Of a stretch of DNA of 64,000 bases, positions 20,086-30,254 are shown piece after piece (position 1 is the first letter of the stretch; every line of letters starts with the position of its first letter). The translations under genes and the position numbers were made by a program. Origin of the DNA: Promethearchaeota archaeon (GTDB lineage: Archaea > Asgardarchaeota > Lokiarchaeia > Sigyniarchaeales > SOKP01); NCBI GenBank assembly GCA_016839705.1, contig JAEOTR010000060.1:1-64000 (forward strand), in the 5' to 3' direction. A model generated the notes under the pieces. The model was not told the origin of the DNA, did no database searches, and saw only the letters and a program-made list of their open reading frames with translations.

Positions 20086-21900
20086 ATGAGAATTGCAGTT
20101 CTAAATAAGGATTTTTGTAAACCTAATAAATGTAGTCCTTATGGGGAAAAACCATGTATAAAATATTGCCCGAGAGTTAGAACAGGAGATAAAACTATTG
20201 TCTTAAGTAAAGATGAAAAATACGTAATAATCACTGAAAGCCTCTGTTCGGGTGAAGGCATTTGTATTAAGAAGTGTCCATTTAAGGCAATTAGCATTGT
20301 TAATTTGCCAGATCCTTTAGAAGATCAAATAACATACCGATATGGATCAGATCAGTTTTCTTTATTTCGCATGGCAATTCCAAAAAAAGGAAAAGTCCTT
20401 GGATTAATCGGTGAAAACGGCATTGGAAAAAGTACAATGCTAAAAATATTATCGAATGAATTAAAATTAAATCTTGGTAGATTTGGTGAAAATGCTCCTG
20501 ATTGGAAGGAGATTATTGAGCATTTTAAAGGCTCAGAATTACACCAATATTTCGAAGATCTTCGAGAAGGAAAGTTGAACATAGTATATAAACCTCAAAA
20601 TATTACAGTAATTCCACAATACGTAACCGGTAGAGTTGTTGATTTATTAAAGAAAAATGATACTGAAGAAAAATTAAACCAAATTGCTGAGAAGTTAAAC
20701 CTTACTAAAATTTTAGAACGAGATATCTCTGTGTTGTCCGGAGGAGAACTTCAACGAGTGGCTATCGCGGCTGCTTATCTTAAAAATGGGGATGTATATC
20801 TTTTCGACGAACCCAGCTCATATTTAGATGTTAGCGAAAGAATAAATATGGCAAAAATAATAAGGGGATTATCGGCAGAGAATAAAACCATCATTGTTGT
20901 AGAACATGATTTAGCAATATTAGATTATCTAAGTGATTATGTTTCTATCTTATATGGTGAACCTGGGGTTTATGGAATTATTTCTCATCCTCAAGGGGTA
21001 AGAGTTGGAATTAATATATATTTAAATGGGTATATAAAAGATGAAAATGTGAGGTTTAGAGAAGAATCTATAGTATTCCATGAACGTCCACCTCAAGAAT
21101 CTCTTTATAGTTCTGGAGATGTTATTTTTTCTTATGATGATGTTGATATATCTCTGGGTAATTTCAAATTTTCTGCTTCTGGCAGTGAAATTCATTCTGG
21201 TGAAATTATTGGTATTTTAGGACCTAATGGAATAGGAAAGACTACATTTATAAACTCAATTGCTAATTTAGTAGATAATGAAACTCAGGAGACTATGAAT
21301 AAAGAAACTAAAAGCAAATTAAGTGTAGCTGTAAAATCCCAATATATAAAATTTGATGATGACAGAATAATCTCAGATCTCATAAATGAAATTAAATTAG
21401 CTGCACATCTTAGTCAATCCTATAAAAAAAGATTGTTAAATAGTTTAAAATTAGAGCGTTTAAGAGAACGTTATATTTCAGAGTTAAGTGGCGGAGAATT
21501 ACAAAGAGTTGCAATTGCTAAATGCTTATCGACAGATGCGGATATTTATCTTTTAGATGAACCTTCAGCATTTCTAGATGTTGAGATGAGACTTCAGGTT
21601 GCTCAATTATTAAGAAAATCTATTGAAGAATTAAAAAAAGCAGGTTTTGTTGTAGAACATGATATAATTACTCAAGACTTTATTGCTGATTCAATACTTG
21701 TGTTTGATGGTATTCCAGGACTTGAAGGAAATGCTTTAGCTCCTCAAAGTTTAAGAGATGGATTTAATATGTTCTTAAAAATGATGGGTATAACATTCAG
21801 GAGAGATTCAATAACCAAAAGACCAAGAGTAAATAAATCTGGAAGTAATAAAGATGCATATCAAAAAAGAATTAATGAATTTTATTATATTCCTAAATAA
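20086..21900 (+). CDS. Ribosome recycling ATPase ABCE1/Rli1
   Basis: N-terminal Fe-S domain and two ABC domains (GENGIGKS, LSGGELQR, GPNGIGKT). Confidence 0.97.
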   Translation: MRIAVLNKDFCKPNKCSPYGEKPCIKYCPRVRTGDKTIVLSKDEKYVIITESLCSGEGICIKKCPFKAISIVNLPDPLEDQITYRYGSDQFSLFRMAIPKKGKVLGLIGENGIGKSTMLKILSNELKLNLGRFGENAPDWKEIIEHFKGSELHQYFEDLREGKLNIVYKPQNITVIPQYVTGRVVDLLKKNDTEEKLNQIAEKLNLTKILERDISVLSGGELQRVAIAAAYLKNGDVYLFDEPSSYLDVSERINMAKIIRGLSAENKTIIVVEHDLAILDYLSDYVSILYGEPGVYGIISHPQGVRVGINIYLNGYIKDENVRFREESIVFHERPPQESLYSSGDVIFSYDDVDISLGNFKFSASGSEIHSGEIIGILGPNGIGKTTFINSIANLVDNETQETMNKETKSKLSVAVKSQYIKFDDDRIISDLINEIKLAAHLSQSYKKRLLNSLKLERLRERYISELSGGELQRVAIAKCLSTDADIYLLDEPSAFLDVEMRLQVAQLLRKSIEELKKAGFVVEHDIITQDFIADSILVFDGIPGLEGNALAPQSLRDGFNMFLKMMGITFRRDSITKRPRVNKSGSNKDAYQKRINEFYYIPK

Positions 21901-22171
21901 AAAATAGTATTAAGCCTTATTTTATTGCTAATTTTGTGTATACCCCATTATTTCCATTGGAAGTTTTTAATTTGGTTTTTTTACCTGATTATATTTTGTT
22001 AATTCTTTAATAAAATAATTTAAATATAATTGAATAATTTTTAGCTGGGGCTTTATTTTATTATATTATTTAGAATTTTTTATTTAATCTATTTTTTTAT
22101 TAATTTTGCAATGGAAATTATGGAGTATCTCTAAAATATTTATCAGATAATAATAAAAAAAAAAGGTCATT

Positions 22172-22423
22172 TTATATTTTTCTCCAGAAGACTAAAGGAC
22201 GGCCTCTTTTTCCATTAGTACGAGAGAATTTTTCGATTAACTTTCTTTTCTGAAGTTTTACTAAATTATCATAAATTGTTGTTCTTGCCGTGTTCAAATA
22301 CTTAACCAGGTCTTTACGGGTAGAGGCTCCTGTTTTTTCTAGAGTCTTAAGCAAATTATTTTGAATTGGTGATAAAAATTCTTTTGGTTCAGAAAATCTA
22401 TCAATTTCAGATCTATTAGCCAT
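22172..22423 (-). CDS. Small winged-helix regulator (TrmB-like HTH)
   Basis: ARTTIYDNLVKL...GKRGRP. Confidence 0.8.
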   Translation of the reverse strand: MANRSEIDRFSEPKEFLSPIQNNLLKTLEKTGASTRKDLVKYLNTARTTIYDNLVKLQKRKLIEKFSRTNGKRGRPLVFWRKI

Positions 22424-22537
22424 AATTTATTCCTCCAATTTTTTAATAGATTATAAAACGACAATTTCTCGACATTATAATCATATTGTAAAGAAAGGGT
22501 TCCTATGATCATAATAATCCCAAATGATATATAAATG

Positions 22538-22572
22538 ATGCTTATTTATGCATTATTATCATCAATAAGCAT
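22538..22572. promoter_or_regulatory. Inverted repeat between divergent regulator genes
   Basis: ATGCTTATTtATG-9 nt-CATcAATAAGCAT. Confidence 0.5.
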
Positions 22573-22633
22573 AAAGATTTATAAATGAAAATCACTATTT
22601 AAAAATTGGATTATAAACTCAAAACGTAGAATA

Positions 22634-23020
22634 ATGACTGAAACTTCAAGAACCACAGTAACCCTTAATAAAAGCTATATGAAATTGGTTGAAGAACTTG
22701 TTGATGTTTTTGGGGCTACTAAAGCTCAGGTAATTAGCAATATCGTAGAATCTTTTTTTAATGATAGCCACAATGATGCGCTGCTAGAAAAATTAAGAGC
22801 GCGAAAGAGAAAAGAAAATCCCCCTGAAGAAGCGGAGATAGAAGAAAAGATTATGAAATATTTAAAAATAGCAGATAAAATACCTTTTGACGTATTTTTA
22901 GATCATTTAAATCTTGATATTGAATTTGTAGTAAACCAGCTTGATGATTGGGCGGAAAAATTTCAGTTTTTATTTATAGATAATAAGATAATTAAAGTTC
23001 AAGAAGAAAAATCGACTTGA
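22634..23020 (+). CDS. Ribbon-helix-helix protein with C-terminal helical domain
   Basis: RTTVTLNKSYMKLVEELV...TKAQVISNIV fits a CopG-like pattern. Confidence 0.7.
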   Translation: MTETSRTTVTLNKSYMKLVEELVDVFGATKAQVISNIVESFFNDSHNDALLEKLRARKRKENPPEEAEIEEKIMKYLKIADKIPFDVFLDHLNLDIEFVVNQLDDWAEKFQFLFIDNKIIKVQEEKST

Positions 23021-23035
23021 ATTATTATTTTTAGT

Positions 23036-23257
23036 TTATCCTCCAAAAATGTTTAGGAAGTCACTTGAAAGACCAACAGTCCAATCAAGTATGGATGTAA
23101 TTACACCGGTGATAATAAAAAATATAAATAAAGCAAAGCCGATGAGTAAAGCGTATTCTACAAGACTTCCACCATAATCATCCGAAAAAAATTCCTTAAT
23201 TTTAATACCAAATTTTTTAAAGACATTTTTAATATTCATTCTTATCTTAGGTCTCAA
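23036..23257 (-). CDS. Flp-like pilin
   Basis: Basic leader, then FFSDDYG|GSLVEYALLIG and a hydrophobic helix. Mature length about 44 aa. Confidence 0.8.
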   Translation of the reverse strand: MRPKIRMNIKNVFKKFGIKIKEFFSDDYGGSLVEYALLIGFALFIFFIITGVITSILDWTVGLSSDFLNIFGG

Positions 23258-23307
23258 AACAAGCTTTTAAACTAAACGATATTTAAAAAAAATTATGGAT
23301 CGAATAA

Positions 23308-23721
23308 TTAAAATTTCAATTGTCCATAAATTTCATTAAGTTCTTCATCACTTGCTTGATTCTTTGGTATCTCTAATCTAAATTTATCATCATCATAACT
23401 CCTCGGAATAATATGCATATGAAAATGTTTGACTACTTGACCAGCTGCTGCAAAATTATTTTGGAGGATATTGTATCCATCTATTTCTAAGCTTTTATGA
23501 ATATTTATTGAAATTTTTTTAACCACCTTAATAGTCTCAGCTAATTCATCCTCAGGAATGTCTTCTAGAGTAGAATAATGCTTTTTAGGAATGACAATGG
23601 TGTGTCCTTTGGAGATAGGTGAAATATCTAGAAAGGCTAAATTTAGATCGTTTTCAAACACAATCTTTGAGGGAATTTCTCTTTTTATAATTTTACAAAA
23701 TATACAACCAGCTTCATTCAT
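23308..23721 (-). CDS. HIT-family hydrolase
   Basis: CIFCKII, GHTIVIPK, HFHMHIIP. Confidence 0.95.
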   Translation of the reverse strand: MNEAGCIFCKIIKREIPSKIVFENDLNLAFLDISPISKGHTIVIPKKHYSTLEDIPEDELAETIKVVKKISINIHKSLEIDGYNILQNNFAAAGQVVKHFHMHIIPRSYDDDKFRLEIPKNQASDEELNEIYGQLKF

Positions 23722-23850
23722 TCTATTAAACCCATTTCAAATATTAAGTTGTCTAATTTAGTAATTGTCTTTTAAATTTAAATTAAAAAACCATTACTGA
23801 GATTTATCATAATAAATTATAAAAATTTTTCACATTATGAACAAAAGCCT

Positions 23851-24675
23851 ATGATTATTATGTTTCTTCAGGATATACATTCAATTTTATTAAAGAAACT
23901 TTCTCCCAAAAGTTTTAAATTAAACTCTGAGATTTATGGGTTGCAATATGGTAAAAACAGAATCAACAATATAATAAAAAAAGTAATGCTCACGATTGAT
24001 TTAAGTATTGAAGCATTACATTTTGCGGTAAGAAACAAAGTAAGTCTAATAATTTCCCATCATAGCTTAACTAAAGAATCAATCAATACATTTAATCAGA
24101 ATTTAATAAACAAATTAACATTACTTACTAAATATCCAATTTCAATATTTGTTTTAAACTCTTCATTTATCGCAGCAGAAGGAGGAGTATCAGAAACTAT
24201 AGCTGAAGCACTTTATTTAAATGTTGAAAAAACTTTTGAAATTAAGAATTATAAAGGTATTAAAGTTCCCATTGGACGAATTTGCACTCCAAAATATTAC
24301 TTAAGAAAAGATCAAAAAATGACGATGGAAAGATTGTTGAAGAGAATTAAAACAAATATAGAATTATCTCATGTTTTATATGTAGGTAATCTCAAAACAC
24401 TAATTAATAAAATTTGCATTGTTGGTGGAGATACACCCAACATAAAATACCTAAAAAAAGCACTGAAATTAGGATGTGATTGCTATATATCTGCCAAAAT
24501 TAACTACATGGATGCAATCTTTGGAAGGGATATGGGTCTGGCTTTAATTGAGGCTTCACATTATAAGATTGAAATCCTGGCGTTGAAAAAACTATCTAAT
24601 ATCCTAAGTTTAGAATTCCCCCATGTCGAATTTCTGTTATTTGAGTCAGGTGACCCTTTTCAAATTTCCTTTTAA
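23851..24675 (+). CDS. Nif3-family protein (partly degenerate metal site)
   Basis: GLQYG, LTIDLS, ISHH, GGVS, SHYKIE. Confidence 0.85.
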   Translation: MIIMFLQDIHSILLKKLSPKSFKLNSEIYGLQYGKNRINNIIKKVMLTIDLSIEALHFAVRNKVSLIISHHSLTKESINTFNQNLINKLTLLTKYPISIFVLNSSFIAAEGGVSETIAEALYLNVEKTFEIKNYKGIKVPIGRICTPKYYLRKDQKMTMERLLKRIKTNIELSHVLYVGNLKTLINKICIVGGDTPNIKYLKKALKLGCDCYISAKINYMDAIFGRDMGLALIEASHYKIEILALKKLSNILSLEFPHVEFLLFESGDPFQISF

Positions 24676-24808
24676 AAAAATAATTAAAAACCTTTGAGCA
24701 CTAGAAAGAGCTAAACATATTTAAATAAAAGTTTAAATTTATTAGATATAATTTGATTTTAAAGAAATTTTAAATTTTTCCTTATTCAGGATTAATAGTG
24801 AAATTAAA

Positions 24809-25390
24809 ATGCCAATAATTGAATATAACGGGAAAAAACCCGAAATTAGTACACATTCTTATGTGAGCCCCCAAAGTACTATAATTGGGGATGTAAGGGT
24901 AAGTGATAATGTAATAATCTGGCCGGGGTCAATCATTCGGGCAGAAAACGCCCCAATAATGATAGGGGAATACTCAACGATATTTGATGGAGTCATGATG
25001 TTAACAAGATCTCAGAGAAGTTCCATCAATATTGGCAGATACTGCATAATTGAGTCTGGTGTTGCTTTATTAGGGTGTTTCATGGAAGATTATGTTCAGA
25101 TAAAGGAGGGAACTCTTGTCTTCGAAGAAGCCTCTATAGGTGAGGGTGTAATCATTATGAATGAAAGTCAAGTTCCTCCGGGATTAACGATCCCCGCCCG
25201 AACCGTTATGAGGGGAATTCCTGTTGAATCAATCAGAGAACAAACCAGGAACGATGTATTAAAACAAAAGGATCGTGCCGAAAATTATTCCCAATTATTC
25301 ACGAAAATAATAAACCAACTTCCAAATGCTCAAGGCTACTTGTTGACTTTACCTGATTTTCTAAAATTTTTAATAAAAAAAGATGAATAA
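24809..25390 (+). CDS. Gamma-carbonic-anhydrase-like beta-helix protein lacking Zn histidines
   Basis: GKKPEI...IIGDV...IWPGSIIRAE hexapeptide repeats. Confidence 0.8.
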   Translation: MPIIEYNGKKPEISTHSYVSPQSTIIGDVRVSDNVIIWPGSIIRAENAPIMIGEYSTIFDGVMMLTRSQRSSINIGRYCIIESGVALLGCFMEDYVQIKEGTLVFEEASIGEGVIIMNESQVPPGLTIPARTVMRGIPVESIREQTRNDVLKQKDRAENYSQLFTKIINQLPNAQGYLLTLPDFLKFLIKKDE

Positions 25391-25414
25391 AAAAAATAAA
25401 AGATGAGGGTATAA

Positions 25415-26314
25415 TCAGACCAGAATATTTAACATTTTAACGAGTTCCTTATATCTCGAACGAAGTGTTACTTCAGTTACGCCGACCAAATTGGCAATCT
25501 CTTTTTGGGAAACTCTTTTGTCCTTCATTTTACAAACGAGGTATAAAGCCCCTGCACATAAACCCTTAGGATCTTTCCCAGAAGTAGAAAATTTAGAAAT
25601 GAAAGATTGTAAAATTTTAATAGTTGTATTCTCCGCTTCAGCATCTAATTCTAACTCTGCGATAAATCTTGGGATAAGAGAGATTGGATCAGTAGATGGA
25701 ACTTTTAGATTTAATTCCCTAATTAGAGTTCTATAACATCTTCTAACATTCTTGGCACTAATAGATGTTTCATCTAAAATTTCCTGTAATGTTCGGGGAA
25801 TTTTCCTTTCTCTGCAAGCGAAATATAGACAAGCAGCAACCATTCCGTTAATTGATCTCCCCCTTAGTAACTTTTTCTTGAAAGCCTCAATATAGAGTCG
25901 TATGGCGGTTTTCTTTACATGATTAGGTAAATTTAAATTACTACCGATTCTTTTTAATTCAGTTGTTGCTATTAACATATTTCGTTTATCCCAAGTCATT
26001 CGAGAATTCCATTTAGCAGCTCGTTTCAAATCAGGGCTTTTAATACTTGTTTTGTCTATAATTGTGCTCAATCCCATATCTGGTAGAAGAATCGAGATGG
26101 GAGAACCTGTACGCTCTCTGCTTTCTTTTTCTTGCTTAGTAAAGGCTCTCTTACCACTATGAGAAATATCAACTATTCTTTCACTGATTACTAATCCGCA
26201 TTGACCACAAACAATTTCTCCCCTTTCATGCAGCGGAATAACTTTTCCCTCGCATTCAGGGCATGAGTTTGAATAATTACTTAAATCTGATTCTATTTCC
26301 ATAATAATACCCAA
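25415..26314 (-). CDS. tfb: Transcription initiation factor IIB
   Basis: CPEC...GEIVCGQCG, RTGSP, RGRS, PRTL, GKDP, QKEIA...VTEVTLRSRY. Confidence 0.96.
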   Translation of the reverse strand: MGIIMEIESDLSNYSNSCPECEGKVIPLHERGEIVCGQCGLVISERIVDISHSGKRAFTKQEKESRERTGSPISILLPDMGLSTIIDKTSIKSPDLKRAAKWNSRMTWDKRNMLIATTELKRIGSNLNLPNHVKKTAIRLYIEAFKKKLLRGRSINGMVAACLYFACRERKIPRTLQEILDETSISAKNVRRCYRTLIRELNLKVPSTDPISLIPRFIAELELDAEAENTTIKILQSFISKFSTSGKDPKGLCAGALYLVCKMKDKRVSQKEIANLVGVTEVTLRSRYKELVKMLNILV

Positions 26315-26556
26315 TTCTTATATTTAAAAAATTAAAATTCCTTATACCTAAATACTACAATTTTTTAATTGAAAACTATCCCGTACACCGAAAGAAAATT
26401 GATTTAAAAACTATTTCGAACTTTTTGTGACTGAAAATCGAAAACAATCTCTGATGCAAATATTATAAACATAAATATACTATTTAAATGTTTCGCTCCC
26501 CAATGGGAACTCATGGGGAAATGATGTATATTATCCCGATATTCCACTATTAATGT

Positions 26557-27183
26557 TTACAGGAAAAGTGGAAGAAAGGGGGTAAAACCAAATAAGACAC
26601 ATCCCATAACACTCGAAAGTAACCACATCATTGTTTTTCTTGGATTATTGATTATCCGGTTATTATTTATTAAATACCAGAGACTTAACACGATGTTTAG
26701 AAATGAAGTTAAGGAGAAAAAAGAAAAGCAATAGTATATAGTTTTTTCATGGGGAAGCTGAACTATAGTAAAGTCTTTAATTCCATTCAAATAAAAAGGA
26801 TCAATCCCGCTAAATTCTATAAAGTTAAAAATCAAACGATCTGGTAAAGGATCCAAAATCCATATTAAAAAATATATCCCATAATTAAATAGAATTCCAA
26901 ACGCTAAAGAAATATAAACCGTACCTAAAATTAATCTTGATTTAGTTAATGTATCCTCATCTTTTTCAACTTTTTTTAACCTAGGTTGAAGATAAATCCC
27001 CCTCAACCTCAATAAAGTTAGAATTCCAATGGCGAGGATGATAAAAACGAAGATAAATTTCATATACTGGATAAAAATTAAGAAAAAGTTATTAAATGCT
27101 ACACACCAGTTTTCTAAGCCTAAAATTATATCATCAACCACATTATCAAAAGAGAGAACCTTTTTATTTAAGAAGAACACCAT
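26557..27183 (-). CDS. Membrane protein
   Basis: About four TM segments. Confidence 0.7.
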   Translation of the reverse strand: MVFFLNKKVLSFDNVVDDIILGLENWCVAFNNFFLIFIQYMKFIFVFIILAIGILTLLRLRGIYLQPRLKKVEKDEDTLTKSRLILGTVYISLAFGILFNYGIYFLIWILDPLPDRLIFNFIEFSGIDPFYLNGIKDFTIVQLPHEKTIYYCFSFFSLTSFLNIVLSLWYLINNNRIINNPRKTMMWLLSSVMGCVLFGFTPFLPLFL

Positions 27184-27253
27184 TTCAAAATATTATCTAA
27201 TAGAGTCTATTTAAAGTCTACAGAATCATAGATTTGGTTTAATTAAATTGATA

Positions 27254-27685
27254 TTAAGTAATTTTTTCGCATTCATTATTAATGTTTTTCATCGTCGTGT
27301 TGAAGTCTTGCCACCAATCTTGCCCCTGTTGAGAGACTAACATAGGTTCTACCTTTCTAGAATCCAAACACCTAATTTCTTCTTTATGAGCTTTAATCTT
27401 TGTTTTCCAAATTTCAGAAAAAATTCCCTGTAAATTGATTTTAACTTTCTTAATTAATTCTTCATAAGAAACTGATACGTCTTCGGTCTTTTGTAGTTTT
27501 TGAAGCTGCTCAAATTTCACTTTTTCTTTTGCCCTGTTTAAATCTCCGCAACTAATTTTGATCGAAAATGGCTCGTCTTTCCCCCATTTACAGAATTTTT
27601 GTATTTCACATAAGGAGCAATAAATTTCAAAACTAATTGTATAATCCTCTAATCCAATAATGGAGTAATTTAAGGTTTTAGGCAT
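27254..27685 (-). CDS. Hypothetical Cys-containing protein
   Basis: CSLCEIQKFC...SCGD...C, possibly metal-binding. Confidence 0.7.
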   Translation of the reverse strand: MPKTLNYSIIGLEDYTISFEIYCSLCEIQKFCKWGKDEPFSIKISCGDLNRAKEKVKFEQLQKLQKTEDVSVSYEELIKKVKINLQGIFSEIWKTKIKAHKEEIRCLDSRKVEPMLVSQQGQDWWQDFNTTMKNINNECEKIT

Positions 27686-27835
27686 TTTTCTTTCTCTTAT
27701 ATTTACATAAAAAATATAACCTTTTCTCTAATATAATTTAGGTCAAAAAATTTTTTAAACACTATTTATTAAATTATTCGTTAAAGAACCTTTTTTTTAA
27801 ACTTAACCATAAAGAGTTCTTAAATTTCCCGACAA

Positions 27836-27909
27836 GGGAGAGTGGCTTAGCCTGGTATAGCGCACGGCTGATAACCGTGAGGTCGGGGGTTCGAAGCCCC
27901 CCTTTCCCA
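27836..27909 (+). tRNA. tRNA-Ile(GAT)
   Basis: Acceptor GGGAGAG/CTTTCCC, anticodon arm CACGG-CTGATAA-CCGTG, T arm GGGGG-TTCGAAG-CCCCC. Confidence 0.96.
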
Positions 27910-27978
27910 TTATTTTTTCCATGAGTTAATTTCAATAACCTTCATTCACATATTTAATTATATTACTAGAATGTAAAT

Positions 27979-28578
27979 TTGAAAATGAAAATTATCATTA
28001 TCTCTGGAACTCCCGGTTGTGGTAAAACCTCTGTAGCAAATGAATTGTTAAAGTTAATCGATGCCAAGATCATTACCCTAAACGAGCTGGCAGTTTCAGA
28101 TGATTTTTCTTTCGAATATGATAATGAAAGGAAAACGTACATAGTTGATTTTAAGGTATTCCTTCCCTATATCTTGAAGAAAATCAAAAAAATAAAAAAG
28201 AACGAGCCACCATTCTTAATAATAGAAAGCCATTTCTCAGATATTATCCCCAAAAAGTACATTGATTTTGCATTTATTTTGAGATGTGATCCAGATGAAT
28301 TGTCCAAACGGTTAAAAAAAAAAAATTATGATGTAAAAAAAATAACAGAAAATGTACAATCAGAAATTATGGGAAATTGTGTGAATTTTTTAATTGAAAA
28401 AATGTTAAAAAAGCCCATATATGAAATTGATACTACGAATCTAGACATTAAATCAGTAGCTAAAACTATTAATGATATAATATTTGCTAAAATTGATGTG
28501 GAAAGATATTATTTGGGCAAAGTCGATTGGCTTGAAAAGCTATTTCAGGAAGACCGGCTAGCTGAGTTTTTTGATTAG
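27979..28578 (+). CDS. AK6/Fap7-type adenylate kinase
   Basis: GTPGCGKT, IIESH, LRCDP, ENVQSEI. Confidence 0.9.
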   Translation: MKMKIIIISGTPGCGKTSVANELLKLIDAKIITLNELAVSDDFSFEYDNERKTYIVDFKVFLPYILKKIKKIKKNEPPFLIIESHFSDIIPKKYIDFAFILRCDPDELSKRLKKKNYDVKKITENVQSEIMGNCVNFLIEKMLKKPIYEIDTTNLDIKSVAKTINDIIFAKIDVERYYLGKVDWLEKLFQEDRLAEFFD

Positions 28579-28590
28579 AAGTAAAAAATA

Positions 28591-30252
28591 GTGATTGTGA
28601 GAATTGTGAAATGGGAGATATCTGATATTGATGCTTTAGGACGGATCGGAAAATTAATCGTAAATGATAAAGAGATAGTTACTCCAAATTTACTCCCTGT
28701 TTTCCATCCTTACAGAAATATTCTTAACCTTTCAGATTTGAAGAATATAGGTGCTCAGTGTGTTTTCACAAATGCTTATATCATTTATCAGAATTCTGAA
28801 ATTCGGGATATGGTTTTAAGTAAAGGTCTACACAAATATTTGAAATTTGATGGAATAATTGCCACCGATAGTGGTGCGTTTCAGAAATATATGTACAGCA
28901 AAACTGATTTTGAGCTAAATGCTCAAGACATAGAAAAATTCCAAGAAGATATTGGCTCAGATTTCCCTGTAATTTTAGATGAACCCGTCCAACCTGATGA
29001 TGATTATGAAACTGCCAAAAAGAAAGTTAATTTATCAATACAACGTGCTAAAGATAATATTAGTCGAAGAGTCAACGATAAGTGTCATTGGTTTGGACCC
29101 ATTCATGGAGCAAAATATATGGACTTATTGGAATTAAGCACTGTTGAAATGAGCAAATTGGATTTTGATGTTTATGCGGTAGGGGGTTTAGTAAAATCTC
29201 TCTTAAATTATCGGTTTGACTTAGTGATTAAAATTCTTTTAAAAGTTAAAGAGAATCTCATTTGGAACAAACCAATTCATATGTTTGGGCTTGGTTTGCC
29301 GCAATTCTTCTCCTTAGCTGTAGCCTGTGGATGTGATTTAATGGATTCAGCGGCTTATATCCTATTTGCTAAAGAAAATAGATATTTCACCCTATCCACA
29401 GGAACAAGGAATTTAGAAGAATTAGAAGAATTTCCCTGTCATTGTCCGATATGCTGTGAATATAAACCCAAAGAAGTAAAAAATTTCGATGATGACTTGA
29501 GAACGGAATTACTAGCAAAACATAATTTATATATATCCTTTTCAGAATTAAGAACAATACGTCAAGCCATTAAAGAGGGGAATCTATGGGAACTCGTGGA
29601 GCAGCGAATAAGAAATCACCCCCGTTTAGTAGATGCTTTCGGAATAATAAAGTCAAATGTAAGTATATTTGAAAAACATGAAAGTGTTTATAAACCTAAA
29701 GGGAGACTATTTAGCTCCCCCGAAAGTATACATAGGCCTTTACTTCATAGGTATAATTTAAGAATAAAGAACAACTATAGAGTCCCCCCTGAAGTAAAAT
29801 TTCTTATTATTCTACCTGAATTAGACGCGAAAGGCTATCAATCTCCTAGTATTAAGAGTTGGTTGGAAAAAATTGAAAATAATACAATTATCCAAAGGCA
29901 ATTTCTTCATGTTGCTTTTATTTCTGACTTTTTTGGAATCCTACCTCTTGATTTGAATTCTACTTTCCCGATGGGCCAATTTGAATCAATAAACCGGATA
30001 ACAACTAATGATATTATATATCAATACTTAGCTCAAAGAATTGAGCATTATTTTAAATTTCATGGGGAACATTATTATAAATGCGGTATATTAACTCCAA
30101 ACCATTATATTAATCAATTCAATGAAGAAACCGAATATTCAAAGAAAAATATTATTGTTAGTATATTTAATAATTTGAAATTTAAGTTCCCATTAAAATT
30201 CTCCATTTTTGAGGATATTCCAGGAATCTTACAATTTTTCAAGGATGATTAA
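28591..30252 (+). CDS. tgtA: Archaeosine tRNA-guanine(15) transglycosylase
   Basis: TDSGAFQ, HMFGLG, GCDLMDSAAY, CHCPIC..H zinc site. Confidence 0.93.
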   Translation: MIVRIVKWEISDIDALGRIGKLIVNDKEIVTPNLLPVFHPYRNILNLSDLKNIGAQCVFTNAYIIYQNSEIRDMVLSKGLHKYLKFDGIIATDSGAFQKYMYSKTDFELNAQDIEKFQEDIGSDFPVILDEPVQPDDDYETAKKKVNLSIQRAKDNISRRVNDKCHWFGPIHGAKYMDLLELSTVEMSKLDFDVYAVGGLVKSLLNYRFDLVIKILLKVKENLIWNKPIHMFGLGLPQFFSLAVACGCDLMDSAAYILFAKENRYFTLSTGTRNLEELEEFPCHCPICCEYKPKEVKNFDDDLRTELLAKHNLYISFSELRTIRQAIKEGNLWELVEQRIRNHPRLVDAFGIIKSNVSIFEKHESVYKPKGRLFSSPESIHRPLLHRYNLRIKNNYRVPPEVKFLIILPELDAKGYQSPSIKSWLEKIENNTIIQRQFLHVAFISDFFGILPLDLNSTFPMGQFESINRITTNDIIYQYLAQRIEHYFKFHGEHYYKCGILTPNHYINQFNEETEYSKKNIIVSIFNNLKFKFPLKFSIFEDIPGILQFFKDD

Positions 30253-30254
30253 GA

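Noticed and set aside
26495-26520. ORB-like CCAATGGGAACTCATGGGG upstream of tfb
   Set aside because: Single imperfect copy with no partner box; could be a hairpin or operator.
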